64,000 bases of DNA from Octopus sinensis (taxonomy: Eukaryota). Positions 37,106 through 50,559 of this stretch are shown here, piece by piece. The DNA lies in the NCBI RefSeq assembly GCF_006345805.1, contig NC_043001.1, forward strand, positions 73,966,001-74,030,000, given 5' to 3'. Position numbers and translations under genes: made by a program. Each line of letters begins with the position of its first letter. Position 1 is the first letter of the stretch. The notes below the pieces were generated by a model that was given only the letters and a program-made list of their open reading frames with translations, was not told the DNA's origin and did not search any database.

Positions 37106-39061
37106 AAGCTGGTGTTTGAGTGTGAGGCATCTTAGACAAATTGAAGTAGAGTTCATGGAAATTGCATAAACCCCCTCTCAAATGAACTGTGCCTGTAATT
37201 CAAAAGGTACCACATTGTTACACATTGTGTAATGCTGATTTTTCTGGAAAATTACATAAAGGGTACATGTACCTGTGGAATGAATACCTAGCCACTTATA
37301 TGTAAATTCAGAAGCAGGTAATTCAATTAACTGAAATCTACCATCTGTGTGATAGGGATATATCCTTCAAAGATAAAGATTGAAGAGTTTGGTGATAATA
37401 GGAGCTGGCTCAGAAATATATTGTTGAGTGTTATCGAACTGATACCACCTGGTGAAATCATGTTGGGTTGCAGGAAAATGAGATGTTTCCACTTTTTATA
37501 GCTTTATAATTAGATGGTGGTGACATTGATGGAATGAAGAAGTTGGGGAAATGGGAGTTGTTGTGTCTGCAGCGTGGAGTTTGAAGCAAAAGCAAGCCTC
37601 AAATGTATTGGTTTTATCAGTGGGAATGTTACCTCTAAAGCTGTCTTGATTAAGGAGTAGCAGGTATGAAAATCCTGTGAAGTTGCTAGACTCATTTGGC
37701 AAGATATCAGAAGGCTGGTTGTAATTTGGGATGCAAAAAGAGCTTGCAGGAATGTATGTAGCATAAATAACAACTTCCATATTATCTATTAGTGTTATTT
37801 AATCCACTCAACACTGTTGAAGGTCATTGAATCAATTTTACTTGAACCCTTTTGTTATATTTCTGTTGAAATACGCTGCCTTTTATTCCAATTAATTTCG
37901 AAAATAATTAAGAATTAATTGAAATAATTTTGTCTGTTTTTTTAAACAAATTACCATGAAATTTTGGTAGGTTTTAATTTCGATAACTTTACCCCTTTGT
38001 TACTATATTTCTGATGAAATACACAGCTTTTTATTTCAATTAATTTTGAAAATAATTAAGAATTTATTTAAATAATTTTGTCATTGTTAATTTTTTTTTT
38101 TTAACATAAATTTTTGATGGAAGGTTCTAATTTAGATCACAATATAACAGAGAGTTTATATCAAGGAACTCAGTGTGGTTTCAGGCAGATTGGTATCAAA
38201 AGGATTCGGTAACTTCTTAGTTCTGCATTGGGTTCACTTTAGTAATTCCTTCAGAATTACTAAAATTCTGTCAACAGTGTTCTCACTCTCTCTTTTTAAT
38301 TTACATCACATTGTTTTCCTTCTTCCTTGACTAGTTTTTGCCTCTCCTTTATTTTAGTTTCGTTCTCTAGAACTTTCCTATTTCCTTTTATTTTTAATTC
38401 TTTTTTATTTTTAAACTTCAGGATGTTGTTATCCTCCCTCTATTGGATTTGTTGCAGATGTTTTATCTGTCGACTTTCTTGTTTCTCAGTTAGACCAGTC
38501 AGTAGTATAATAAGAGTTTTAACAGCTTTCTGTCTTTCTTTCTTGAAAATGTTGGCATTATCTTACAGACATTGAGCAGAGAAATACAGAGAGATTGGGA
38601 ATGTTTCATTCCTATTCCCCCTGTTCCATACCATTTTTATTCTGCCCACAAATACTTTACCATCATCAAAATCATGACTTCCACCAACACTATCATTGTC
38701 GTCATCATCACTCTCACCACCACCATTACCACTACCACCACTATTATCATCAATATCACCATCAACATCACCTCCCTACCATCACTATCACCACCACCAT
38801 GATCAGCATCATCAGTTATATTAGAACAATGGAATTAGTGCAAACATCTCCGTATCTAATATTTAATTGTTTCCAATTAAACTTCATTTTCTGTTTTGTT
38901 GTTGTTATTCAACATTCCGCTACAACTCTAAGGTTGATCCAATCTACTACACTCCACTTATATAACTGGCATTCAGCCTAGTCATCCTATTCACTATTGT
39001 TATTGCTGTTACTGTTATTATGGTCTTGTGCCTATGTTAGAAATTATTATTGCTACTGCTG

Positions 39062-39093
<32 letters not shown>

Positions 39094-39104
39094 GTTACTA
39101 CTCC

Positions 39105-39136
<32 letters not shown>

Positions 39137-39137
<1 letters not shown>

Positions 39138-39845
39138 GGCATTGAACTGGCAGAATTGTCACTGCACTGGACAAAATGCTTATTGGCACTTCTGGCTTTT
39201 ACATTTTGAGTTCAAATTCTGCCAAGGTTGACTTTGCCTTTCATCCTTTTTGGAGTCAATATAATAAGTACCTTTTGAGCATTGGGGGTTGATGTAATTG
39301 ACTAGCCCCACTCTTCCCAAATTTCAGGTCTTGTAGCCAAAATTTGAAACCATTTTTATTATAATTAGGCACTGAACTGGCAGAAGCATTACCATGCCGG
39401 ATAAAATGCTTAATAGCATTTCATTTGCCTTTGCATTCTGGTTTCAAATACCACTGAAGCTGACTTTACCTTTCATCCTTTTGGGGTCAATATAATAAGT
39501 ACCAGTTGAGCCTTGGGTGGGGGGTGGGGGGGTCAGTGTAATTGACTAGCCCTCCCTCCTCTAAATTTTGGGCCTTATGCCTATTGTGGACAGAATCATT
39601 GCTGTTGTTATTATTAAGGCAGTCAGTTGACAAAATCATTACTGTGCCAACAAAATGCTTAGCAGCATTTCTTCTAGCACTTTACATTCTGAGTTCAAAT
39701 GCTGATGAAGTTGACTGTCTTTCATCTTTTTAGAGTTGATAAAATAAATATCAGACAAGTATTGTAGTTGATATAATCGACTAACCTTTCCCCTCAAAAT
39801 TTCAGGCCTTGTGTCTATAGTAGAAAGGATTATTATTATTATTGT
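39137..39845 (+). mobile_element. Three head-to-tail diverged tRNA-SINE copies with (ATT)n tails
   Basis: Starts near 39137, 39367 and 39617; each has gagttcaaat (B box), tttcatcctttt.ggggtc.at...taagtacc core and ggccttgtgcc...attatt end. Confidence 0.8.
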
Positions 39846-40392
39846 ATGAGAGAGCAGTGCATGACATCAAAGTGACACAGGTGTACAAATATACAAACCG
39901 AATATACCCATCATGACTACTCGTCTGATAAGAGTACACCAGGCACATGCATCACAACCATATGTGCGTGACATAGTGATCTCATATCAAGATAAACAGC
40001 ACATCACCTTGCAGGTGAAGCCCAGTTAGAATCTTCTTCAGGTTGAGTAGACCATTCCACTTAAAAGGTCCCCGAATAAGGGTTAAGGATGTTGAACAAA
40101 ACACTCATGTTTCCAAAGGGGAATTATCTGAACCCCAAAGATTCCTCTCAACACATGGCTATGATGCTCCCCCCCTACTTCTGCTCATGATAAGAGCTGC
40201 ACATATCATCAGCCACTAAGAGACATGCTCAGCTGGTTACGGTCAAGCAACTGGCAAGCAAATCTGTGGTATTGAGCAGAATATTTGCTGTAGCCCATCA
40301 TTTATACAAAGACAAAACAATGTACATGATAACACTTCCAATCAGTTAAGATCAGAAGCCTTGAGAGCCACTGCCTGATACTGCATCAGGGC

Positions 40393-40473
<81 letters not shown>
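39846..40473 (+). mobile_element. ~550-bp interspersed retroposon-like repeat ending in a long (ATT)n tract
   Basis: GC-richer block ending ...ctgcatcagggca followed by about 80 bp of (ATT)n; family not identified. Confidence 0.45.
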
Positions 40474-40529
40474 GTCGTCGTCGTCGTCGAGTCGTCGTCG
40501 AGTCGTCGTCGAGTCGTCGTCGAGTCGTC
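40474..40529. repeat. CpG-rich (GTC)n / 11-bp GAGTCGTCGTC x4 repeat
   Basis: Read directly after the (ATT)n tract. Confidence 0.9.
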
Positions 40530-40729
40530 GTTGTAGTAGTTTAGTTGTAATTAAACTTATTCTGTAATTAGTATTAATTCAAAGTTCAAACTATAATTCC
40601 AAGATCACAATTGTTGTTAGGGAAAACCCATGACCATCACTGTCAGGTGGTGACTTTCTAATTGACTGTAATTAGTAGCTCAGTGTCCCAGTGGTCTGAC
40701 TTCAAATTGGCATTGTCCTTCTCCATCCT

Positions 40730-41570
40730 ATAATAATAATAATGAAATTATTGTATATAGTGTTCAGGTGTACTACAACTCATCAAAGGTGCATGTACAA
40801 TACATAGAATTATGTACAAAAGTCAGGGAAGTGAACAGTTTATGAGTCATGATGCATATGTGTGCATGCATATGGAGGTGGGGATATCAGGTGTAGTGTT
40901 GGTAAATTTCAGGAAGTATGGAGGTTTTAAAGGATGCAATGTCTCTGCAACTAACACTGATGCAGGTGGTTTGTTCCATGTTTCAGCAACTCTAAATGTG
41001 AAAAAACGTTTCCGAAAGTCATGGGAACTGTGCTGTTTTCTGACTTTGTTGGCATGCCCATGTGTGTTAGACACATGGAGTTCAAAAAGGTGCTGAAGGT
41101 GGTTGTTGGCACGATGGTTGATAATTTTGTGGGTATTTACTAAGTCAGTTGTTAGACGTCAGAGCTTCAATGTATCTATGCCCAGGGAAGCAAGGCATTC
41201 AGAGTATTGTAGATGCCTGATGGTGGGTATTTGCTCGGTTGCATGTCTCTGAACAGTTTCCAGGAGGTCAATGTCCTGAGCAAGATAGGGGTTCCAGACT
41301 GGTCATGCAAATTCCAAGTGTGGCCACACCATAGTCATATACAGCTTTAAATAGATAGCTGGAGAGCAGCTGACAAAGGTCTTGCTGAGTGATGCCAAGA
41401 CACCCTCAGCTTCCTTGACAGTTTTAGAGATGTGCTTTGTCCAACACAAATTGCGGTTGACAGTTATGCCCAGGTCATGTTCACAAGAAGACTTCTTGAT
41501 ATTAATGTTGTGGAGAGATAGTTTGACAAATTAAGAATGTCTTACTTTACCACCCATCAACAGGATGCTT
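40730..41570 (-). mobile_element. CR1-like LINE 3' fragment (RT C-terminus, 3' UTR, (ATT)n tail)
   Basis: Minus-strand translation CEHDLGITV...LYMTMVWPHLEFA*PVWNPY..DIDLLETVQR and 'THGHANKVRK...DFRKRFFTFRVAETWNK' (ORF 40847-41074); ATT tail at about 40730-40743. Confidence 0.85.
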
Positions 41571-42323
41571 TTAAACAACCTGTTGGATCAAGTTAAAGAC
41601 ATGAGATCATAAAGGATTGTCTTATTTACTTTTCCCCTTTCCTTTCTATTTCAACATATATTGCAGGGGAGGGGGGATATTGATCTCTTAAACATTATTT
41701 CTGAATTCTTCCAGGTCATCTTTGACATCATTGATCTCTTTGCAGATCAGTGGAGTTCAACCCTCTCTTTATATTTTTTTTTTATTTAATTTAGTTTTTT
41801 TTTTTCCTCCTAAATTTATATACAGAACAGTCATGAAAGCATCAAAACTTTTAAATCACTATATTTGTATGGTAACCACAGATTTATTGGGTCAGATTTA
41901 TTTGCATTTTGTATGTAACCAAAACAGTTGTGTTTTCATCTTTTAAACCCCTTTGCCTATTTATATATCTCTCCATATATATATCTACCTATTGACTCTT
42001 ATCTGTTTTAATTTCTCCAAATATCACCTACCTCTATATATATGTTTTACCTGCTTGCTTTTGCATGATTGCTTTTGTTTCTTTTTTCTTTCATTATTGT
42101 TCTTCAGTTTTAAATTATTCAATGTATCCACTTCTCTTTACCTACTCACTTACTTTCAACCTTTTTTCACTTTTCTTTCTTTTTGTATTTCTTTGTTATT
42201 TTTCTCTTTTGAGAAGGAAAAACTATTTTTGAAATGAGAGCTGTACCATTTAGATAGAAGCAGAGATGAGATTGTTAGCATAGAAATTCAAGACAGCAAG
42301 ACAGTTCTTATATCTAACATCAA

Positions 42324-42894
42324 CCCTTTAGCATTTAAAACGGTCATATCCTGTCAAAATATTCTACCTGTTTTATGTTCAAACTGGCCACATTAAGGCT
42401 CTCTGACCTACCCTACAATATCATTGTAAAAATAAACAGTCACATCATTGAAATCTTGAAGCTACAAGATAATGTACAATAACTTCAATGTGAACAAGAG
42501 CACTCAGAGAGTGCAAACCTCTACCAAGGTAACACCACTGTCCTCTCAATGATTAGCCAGAGATGATTTTCAAAATGAGAATATCTGAAATAAATGAGAA
42601 TACTAACAATGAACTCGGCCACTCTCAAAAATTAAGTAAAAAAAAACTGGAAAAATAATCCAGAATCCTTGTCCAGTACTGGATTGATCCCAAAATTTAA
42701 TCAGTTCATGTCAGTCATGAGGCCAAACATCTCTGAAAGTTTCATCCAAATCCATCCAGCGGTTCTTGAGATATCTTGTCTACAGACAAATGAACCAATA
42801 AACAAACATTACTGAAAACAATACCTCCACCTTCGCTAAGGTGGAGGTAATAAATAACCATTGCATTTGACAGAATAATCTGAATGCTAAAGGG
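42324..42894. mobile_element. piggyBac-like MITE interrupted by a nested element
   Basis: Perfect 12-bp TIR CCCTTTAGCATT/AATGCTAAAGGG flanked by TCAA and TTAA; related pieces near 17870-18015 and 50310-50480. Confidence 0.75.
42493..42850 (+). mobile_element. Non-autonomous Helentron/DINE-1-like (HINE) element
   Basis: Starts AACAAGAGCACTCAGAGAGTGCAAACCTCTACCAAGG; ends in the 12-bp hairpin TACCTCCACCTT-cgct-AAGGTGGAGGTA; acagacaaa/aaacaaac repeat before the hairpin; no TSD. Confidence 0.7.
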
Positions 42895-45339
42895 TTAATT
42901 ATCCTTAAAATTAAAGGAAATTTGTGAGAAAAATTTCAGCAATTAAAATTTTAATAAGAAAATATATAAAAGTCAAAAATTTATCTAAGATACTAAGTAT
43001 GAATTGTTTGCTTCACAATTTTCTGGTTTTAGGTTTAGTCCTATTGCATGACATTTTCGGCAAGTGTCTTCTATATTCCCAGGCTGACCAAAGCCTTTGA
43101 GAGTGGAAACTGAAAAGAAGCCTGTTTGTGTGTGTGTCTGTGTGTCTCTTTGTTTTGATACCTCATTGCTAATTTATTTCTTTATTGCCCACAAGGGGCT
43201 AAATATAAATGGGACAAACAAGGACAGACAAAGGAATAAAGTCGATTACATTGACCCCAGAGCATAATTGGTACCTATTTAATCAACCCTGAAAGCATGA
43301 AAGGCAGAGTCGACCTCGGTGGAATTTGAACTCAGAACGTAATGGCAGGCGAAATACCACTAAGCATTTTGCCCGGTGTGCTAACGTTTCTGCCAGCTTG
43401 CTGCCCTCTGTAAACATGAAGCACCTGCTTACATACAAGTGGGCTTGTTGTATTTTAACACGTCTGTGAAAAGATACAGACTAGGGGAAAGTACTATGTT
43501 GCTTTGAAACATGCATAAGTTGGTGACAAAGAGAGTATATGGCCATTGAAAATCTGCCTCAGTTAATTTTGTCTGATTTATTCAAGAATTGAAAATAGAC
43601 ATTAAGAAATGGTGTGGGTGGGGGATAACAAATAGAAAATAATGATACAGAAAGTAGATAATGATGATAATAAAAAAAAAAATTCTCTTACCTATCACCT
43701 TAATCCCACTTATCTTAACAATAACCTTTTCTATAATCTTTAATGATTCATAACCTTCATGGTTAACATATCATTTGCACACACACACACACACACTGTA
43801 ACATAAGATCCTGTCTCAAAAATGTTCTAGAAAAAGTAGTTCTTCCCTTTGTTTCATGTAGTATTAGTTTGAAGTACCATGTTTCATCGGGGGGTCAGTT
43901 TCTATATATTTCATCAATAAACATTTGTTCTTGCCTTAATAATAATAATAATAATAATAATAATAGATTTGTTTGTTTTCATATCTGATTTTCCATGCTA
44001 GCATAGGTTAAATTAATAGGTTAAAGCTTTGTTTTATAGTTAGATAACTTTTCTGTTGTTAACCTTTAAATGTTCAGAGACATGCATACATACATATACA
44101 CACAAACACATATACATATATGTGTATACACATGAACACAAAACTGCTTCTTTTTCTGTCTCCATGTACCAAATCCATTCATAAGTCTTAGGTCAACCTG
44201 TGGCTACAGAAGAAGACACTTCCCAAAGTACTATGCAGTGGGACAACCCAAAATTACATGTGTTTGGGAAGCTATCTTCTGAATCATTCAGTCAAACCTG
44301 TGAATTTAAAATCTGTTTTAATTATTTTATGATTCTAGCTAAGAAAAAATAAAAGAAAAAAAATTTATTTTCTGTTATTCTAAAAATCCTTAAATTCTGA
44401 AGCTAAAATGTTTATATTTTTTACGTTCTTACAGTCTGGAATGTCTTGAATTTTTATGTAACAGTTATGTATAAAATGAAGAAATTTCTAATTGAGGATG
44501 TAATTAGCTTCTAAGGTTTTGAAATTAGGATTGTCTTTTCAAATTTGTCAATTATAAACAGCAAAAGAAAAAACATTCCCATTATGTAAATATCCAAGTA
44601 TTTAGTTACAAAATTACAATAAGAATTAATAATATTCACTAGAGCTTTGCATATTTTAAGAAAGAAAACAATTTTTATGATTTTCATAAGGAAGTTAGGA
44701 TTGTTAAAAAGAAGTCCATAACTGAAAGCTCTCCAATAACATAGATCTTTATATACATGGTTAGTTTCATGACCATATCTGCCAAAAAATAAATGTTCTG
44801 CTCTAAAGGTTAATGATTTATTGCTGTTCTTTTTGATGTTGAAAATAGGTTTTGCATTCATTTTTTTTTTCTGTCCAATATTGCAACTATAAGGAATATG
44901 ATTCTATAAATGCTTAATGTTTTTTCTACTCATTGTTACACCATTGTGGTCTTGTTTTATTAACTTAGAAGCATGACAACTCAATATTGTTTCTTTTCTT
45001 TCAACACCATGCTTCCTCTCTGGCTCAGTTTCTTAAGTATTCAGAGAGGACTCTGAAACTAATTGGGAATTTATTAACATTACATTCTGATATGAATTCC
45101 TAAACTGACTAATTAACCTTTCAATTAATTTTTCTTTTCATTAGACAAAAAAAAAAAAAAAAAAAAAAAACAACTACAGAATAGTTATAAATTTTCATTG
45201 ATGTTTTGTTTGTTTAAAGAAAACATATTTTACTTGGTTTATCATAACTCACTCCATAATTTCATTAACTACTTTGAAATAGCAATATGTTAGTCTTTTG
45301 CTTTATTATTCTGAACAATTACATTTCCTGTTTTACCAG

Positions 45340-45480
45340 CGCACATCTTTAACAGTTGGTTCACCTGACACAAGTGGTATTTTGGATTCACCGCATGCTA
45401 GTCCCAGTAATTCTCCAACACCTGTTCACCTGGCTGATATGAGCAGTTCAAATCCAGATGCTGACAGATGTGGAACTGAG
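45340..45480 (+). CDS. RhoGEF2: RhoGEF exon: RTSLTVGSPDTSGILDSPHASPSNSPTP...RCGTE (Ser/Pro-rich)
   Basis: ttttaccag acceptor, GAG/gtacat donor, 141 nt, phase 0/0. Confidence 0.87.
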
Positions 45481-46234
45481 GTACATTGTCTTTTATAGAT
45501 TTCTTATTTAGAAAACTCAAGTTTGTTACTTTTGGCTTGTAATGTGTGTACATGTGTATGAGAGAGATATAGGCTAGCAAACAGCATGTTAATACTGACA
45601 CTAATGAACGCCCAGACAGTGCCACATAAAAGTGTCCATGTGGTGCCATGTAGAAGCACCCAGCACACTCTGTAGAGTGATTGGCATTAGGAAGAGCATC
45701 CAGCCGTAGAAACCATGCCAAATGAAACTGGAGTCTGGTACAGCCCTCTCCCTCCACTCAGCTTGCCAGCTCTGGTCACACAGTCCAACCCTTGCCAGCA
45801 TGGACAATGGATGTTAAATGATGATGAGAGATGCGTGCACACACACACACACACTGAGAAAAAACTATATATAGGAAGTATCTGGTACAGTGTGTAAGTG
45901 AAAAAGCTGTGTTGCTATGGTTGTGTGATGTATATGGAGGATGATTGTTGGAATAAAGAAGTGCCAATCAGTCAAAGTGAAAAAAGATGACTGAGGAAGA
46001 TGGCAGGGAAGAACTGGTAAAGGCTGCTCTCTGGATGTTGAATTGTACAAAGAAAATAATGGCCAGGGACCATAATGAGTGGCAACACAGTCCTGGAGAA
46101 GGCCTCTCTAACTCATACTAGCTTGGGAAAACAAGACACAAAATGATGATCATATCAAAGTTTTAATAACTTCATATGTCTATGTTTGTTTGTCTTTGTT
46201 TTGTTTTTATTGTCATGATTTATTTCTTTTTTAG

Positions 46235-46300
46235 GACGGAGGCACAGCAGCAATAATGACCATGGAAGAAGACGATGATGATGAAGTGCCTACTGATGAG
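46235..46300 (+). CDS. RhoGEF2: RhoGEF exon: DGGTAAIMTMEEDDDDEVPTDE (acidic RH N-terminal segment)
   Basis: tttttttag acceptor, GAG/gtgcag donor, 66 nt; matches the 'II..EDDDF' acidic motif before the RH domain that binds Galpha12/13. Confidence 0.88.
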
Positions 46301-46798
46301 GTGCAGTTTACATTTATTATTAGATTGACTATAAATTATCTCCTCTTCCCACCAAAGGCAGTCATTAGAAATATATCAATACTTTTGATTTCATGAAATG
46401 GCAGAATTAAAGAAAAAAAGGGGAGAAAAAAAAAATCACCTTTCATAACTTGATAGATTCAGCCATAAATGTCCATACTTATTATTTTCATTAAGCTCTG
46501 CTGTATTGACCTGCTGATTTATAACAACAATACTGTCTCCTCAACACTTCCACACATCCATTCTCTCCCACCTTCCTCTATTTCCTCCTCACCTCTTCAT
46601 CCCCTCCTGCCCACTTTTCTCTTGCAAACATGTCCATGTTTATTCACTGCTCCTATATCATTTCTTTCTCATTCACTATTGGAAAATATATTGATGTGTT
46701 TAAATAATTGGGTAGTTGTATTATAGCAATGTTTATACTGAAGACAAATCAATAACACCAGCTCATTATATGTCTCTCTCTCTCTCCCTCTCTCCTAG

Positions 46799-46906
46799 GC
46801 CGAAAATCGTTTGCCATTTGGTAATTTTGAAGAAGTAGAGAAGCGGAATGCTTACCTTTCTATATTGCTGCACTATCTTATTTCTAATGATGACCCCTCA
46901 GCACTG
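46799..46906 (+). CDS. RhoGEF2: RhoGEF RH-domain exon: AENRLPFGNFEEVEKRNAYLSILLHYLISNDDPSAL
   Basis: ctctcctag acceptor, gtaagt donor, 108 nt; aligns by eye to LARG 'CFQSIELLKSRPAHLAVFLHHVVSQFDPATL'. Confidence 0.93.
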
Positions 46907-47452
46907 GTAAGTTAGATTGTCACGTTGTACCTAAAACTACTTGCTGATATCAATTTATGTTCTAGTCTTTGTAACTCAGCATTTTGTAAGGAGTTGTTTT
47001 ACTTCACATCAAAGCTATAATTACACTCACATACACACACAAAGAAATGTCCTTTTTCTTGTTTATTACAGGTAGATTGTTTTCTTCATGATATATGAGT
47101 TGTTTGATTCTGGCCTATCACAAATGTTGATTCTTAATACATTATGTGAATGATGTTTAATTAATATTGTTTTATGAGAGCTCTTCCAGATTAGCTCTGA
47201 AGAGCTGGTCAATTTGTGTTAATCTGACTGTGATCCTCACTGCTTAATTCAAGATCAAACAGAACTGCTCAACTTATGGGATGAACAAAGCTGGTTGGCT
47301 TCAGCATTGACTTGTATATCCCTGTATGAACAACTCAACTTGAGAAGTGAACAAAGCTAGTTGACTATAGTACTTAATTTTTGGTTTAGAAGAATTAGAT
47401 TAATTTCTTGAGAATGTCCCACACCTGCAGAAACTTCAACATGCTTTACTTG

Positions 47453-47548
47453 AGGCTAGTCAAAGGCTTCAGGCTGGTAAAAGACTTCAAGCTGGTCAAA
47501 GGCATCAGGCTGGTCAAAGGCATCAAGCTGGTCAAAGGCTTCAGGCTA
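47453..47548. repeat. 18-bp minisatellite x5
   Basis: a(g/a)gct(g/a)gt(c/a)aa(a)g(g/a)c(t/a)tc units at 47453, 47471, 47489, 47507 and 47525. Confidence 0.9.
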
Positions 47549-48393
47549 TAGCCTTTGTCATGCAGTATTTTGTAATAAGGGCATATCACAACTGCTTTGC
47601 TGTTTGACTTATGATTCCTGTATTGGCTTCTGCAGGTATAGAATTCTTAAAGCTAAGCTGCATCACCAAAAGTAGGAGTTAGATAATTGTTGCTTTAAAC
47701 ATAGTTTGAGATGATGAAACTAAAATGTTACTGAAGTGTAAAGGATAAAGAGACAAAAACAAAATACCCCAGAAACCTTCATCATGTCTTTTAGCTTGTT
47801 CTCTCTTTTCAGAGTGTAAAATAAATTAAAATGGAAAGAATTACATTTTATTGGTGGTGATAGGTAAAGCATAATATATTGACATTTTCATTATAAGAAT
47901 TTCAAGCGGGCATGGCTTTGAAGTTAAGAATCTCACATTGCAACTATGTGTGTAGTTTCAAGTTCAGTCTCATTGCACGGTACCTTGGGCAAGTATCTTC
48001 TACTATAGCCCTGGGCTGACCAAGGCCCTGTGAGTAAATTTGTCAGACAGTAACTGTGTGGGAGCCTGTTGTGTGTGTGTGTGTGTGTGTGTATGCTTGT
48101 CATACCTCCTCACCACTCCTTGACAACTGGTATTGGTTTGTTTATGTCCTTGTAACTTAGCAGTTCAACAAAAGAGACCAATAGAGAGAGAAATACATAG
48201 GCGCTAGGGTCGATTTATTTGACTAAAACCTTTCAATGTGGTGCCTTAGCATGGCCACAGTCTTTATGACTGAAACAAGTAAAAGACAAAAAAATGCATA
48301 TTTCTATTATTAAAAAAGTTAATTCATTGCTAATGTTTTTATACTTATATGTTTTTTGTGTTAATTAATTTCTTTTTCTTTTCTGTTTTTCAG

Positions 48394-48498
48394 TTTTTCT
48401 ATATAATATCTGATATTTACTCATCAGCTAATGGAAGTAGTAAAGAATTAAGAAAATGGGCTTACGAAATATATTCCACATTTTTAATTCAAAATGCT
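48394..48498 (+). CDS. RhoGEF2: RhoGEF RH-domain exon: FFYIISDIYSSANGSSKELRKWAYEIYSTFLIQNA
   Basis: ttttcag acceptor, gtaagt donor, 105 nt, phase 0/0; RH-domain pattern L.Y...D.Y.....KE.R....E....FL...A. Confidence 0.93.
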
Positions 48499-50559
48499 GT
48501 AAGTAGAAAATAATCTTCTATACTTTTTTCCTCTATCTTTACAACCATAAATCCTTTTCCAGCTGCCAAATTAGTTGTGTTGTCAGCACATTGGACAGAG
48601 TATTTTGTTGAATTTGTTCAAAGATTTTCTACACTTTGAGTTCAAATCCCACTTAGGTCTGCAGCACTTTCCATCCTTTTGAGGTCAGTAATGAAAAAGA
48701 ATTACTGTTCAAAGATGGTAGATTGCTGGAACTGGGTAACTTGCAGTATTTGTTTGTTGTTTTTTTTTTTGTTTTGAATTCTGTCATAACCTAATGGATG
48801 GTAGTTCAAAATCTTATCCTATTTGTATTGTAAACTTGGTAGATTTAGTCTGTCACCTGATTTAATACAACCCCCTTGTGTCTTGGTTATCTTTAAGAGG
48901 AGGAGTTCAGTTTGTTACAAGCCATTCGAGAAAGCTCTCTGATTTTTAGAATACCTTCCTCCTGCCAGTCTCCCTGTAAAGGGTCAGGATACTATCTTGT
49001 CTCGTAACTAAAAGATTAAAAAAAAAATTATCTTTCTATTCTTAAAATAAGTCTTCTACTATAGCCTTGGGCCAACCTAAGCCTTATGAGTAGACTTGGT
49101 GCATAAAAACTGAAAGAATCCATTTGTGTTTGTCCCCCACCACCCTTTAGACTTTGTTATCAAATCTACCTTTTAAACTTTTTGAATTTAGTGTGGTCAC
49201 TAACTTATAGTATGAAAGTGTTCGTGGAAAAGTCCTGTGAGCAAGCTTTTGAGAAGCATGTATAACAATATCAGAAGGAAGTTTTTAAACAAATAATTTA
49301 GTTTATTAAATTATCACAAGAGCTAACAAGTAATAAGAGTGTAGCCTGGGTGTGTATGCATAAGTTAGGGAAAGCATTATAACGTACGTTTAAAAAATAG
49401 ATTCAATTGGAAGTCGTTATAAGCTAACCAAAATGGAGCTTGCTTAACCGAAAATATACTGTTCATTATGAGGCAGAGTTGTGGCTGATGTCATCCAGAA
49501 TTTCATGGAACATAGTGAGCATCAATGAAATAGGCTGTTTGTGATGTAGCAAGCTGAGAGCAGCTAAAAAATTTAGAGCTAGTGGTGCAAAGTTGGTGTG
49601 AAAAGCAAGGAGTTGTTCCTGTTGTTGGTCCTCCATCTTTCGACTAACTGGTTAAAATACATGCTTCACTTCATGAGCAGAAAACTGCCTCTTGTATTCA
49701 TATGCACCCAGCCCTGATGGGCTGGAGAATGCCTATGATGTGACAACTAAAATAGCTTTCCTGATATGCTACATGAATTTAGATTAATCTGTCAAATGTA
49801 ATGCTTATATTCATTCACATTGTTTTGAATTAATCATGTTCCTTGAGTATTAACAAAATTTATTTCTAACTTTGTTGTCTTTTTGCATAGAGACCTGAAA
49901 TTTTCTCAGTAGGTACTTAAATACCCAATGGTTTACAATTACACATTTTCAATAAAAAAACATGCATATGTATTGATATTTGACTGTATTGTATTATTTC
50001 TGAATGACATTCTGAAGATTTTTGGGGATGAAAACTGAGAAACATCTTTGTCTGATTCATCTGAAGACAAATTACTGTTTGTTTTTTTTTATTTATCTAT
50101 TTTTATCAATCATCATCATCATCACCATTATTTATTTATTTATTTATTCATTCATTCATTCAACATTTTGTAAATCTTCAACTGTAAATCTTTCCAAGTT
50201 AGCATTGCTATTTTCTGCAGCGATATCAGTAATTGCAAAAGAAGAAAAATCTTCACTTCAGATATTGAAAAACACCTTATGCTGTTGAAAATTTCACAGT
50301 ATTGTGGGCAGAAATGATTTTATCTTGCATTATCGTTTATCTTCGAGATTACGATATGATTGTTTAGCTTTAAAATGACATTGTAGAGTAGGTTTGGAAG
50401 GCTGGATTTGGCCAGTTGAAACATAAAACAGGTAGAATATTTGGGTTTGACATGACTAATTTAAATGCTTAAGTGTTTAACACTGGTTGTCTATATGATA
50501 TATCTGATGTAGAAAATGAAATTATAATATTAAATATCGATATCTATTTAATATTTCAG

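Noticed and set aside
37496-37780. 94-aa minus-strand ORF and overlapping 87-aa ORF
   Set aside because: No recognisable motif or splice signals; probably decayed repeat sequence.
4317-41570. The two LINE fragments as halves of one interrupted element
   Set aside because: On the minus strand the 3' (RT) piece lies upstream of the 5' (ORF1/EN) piece, and several host exons lie between them.
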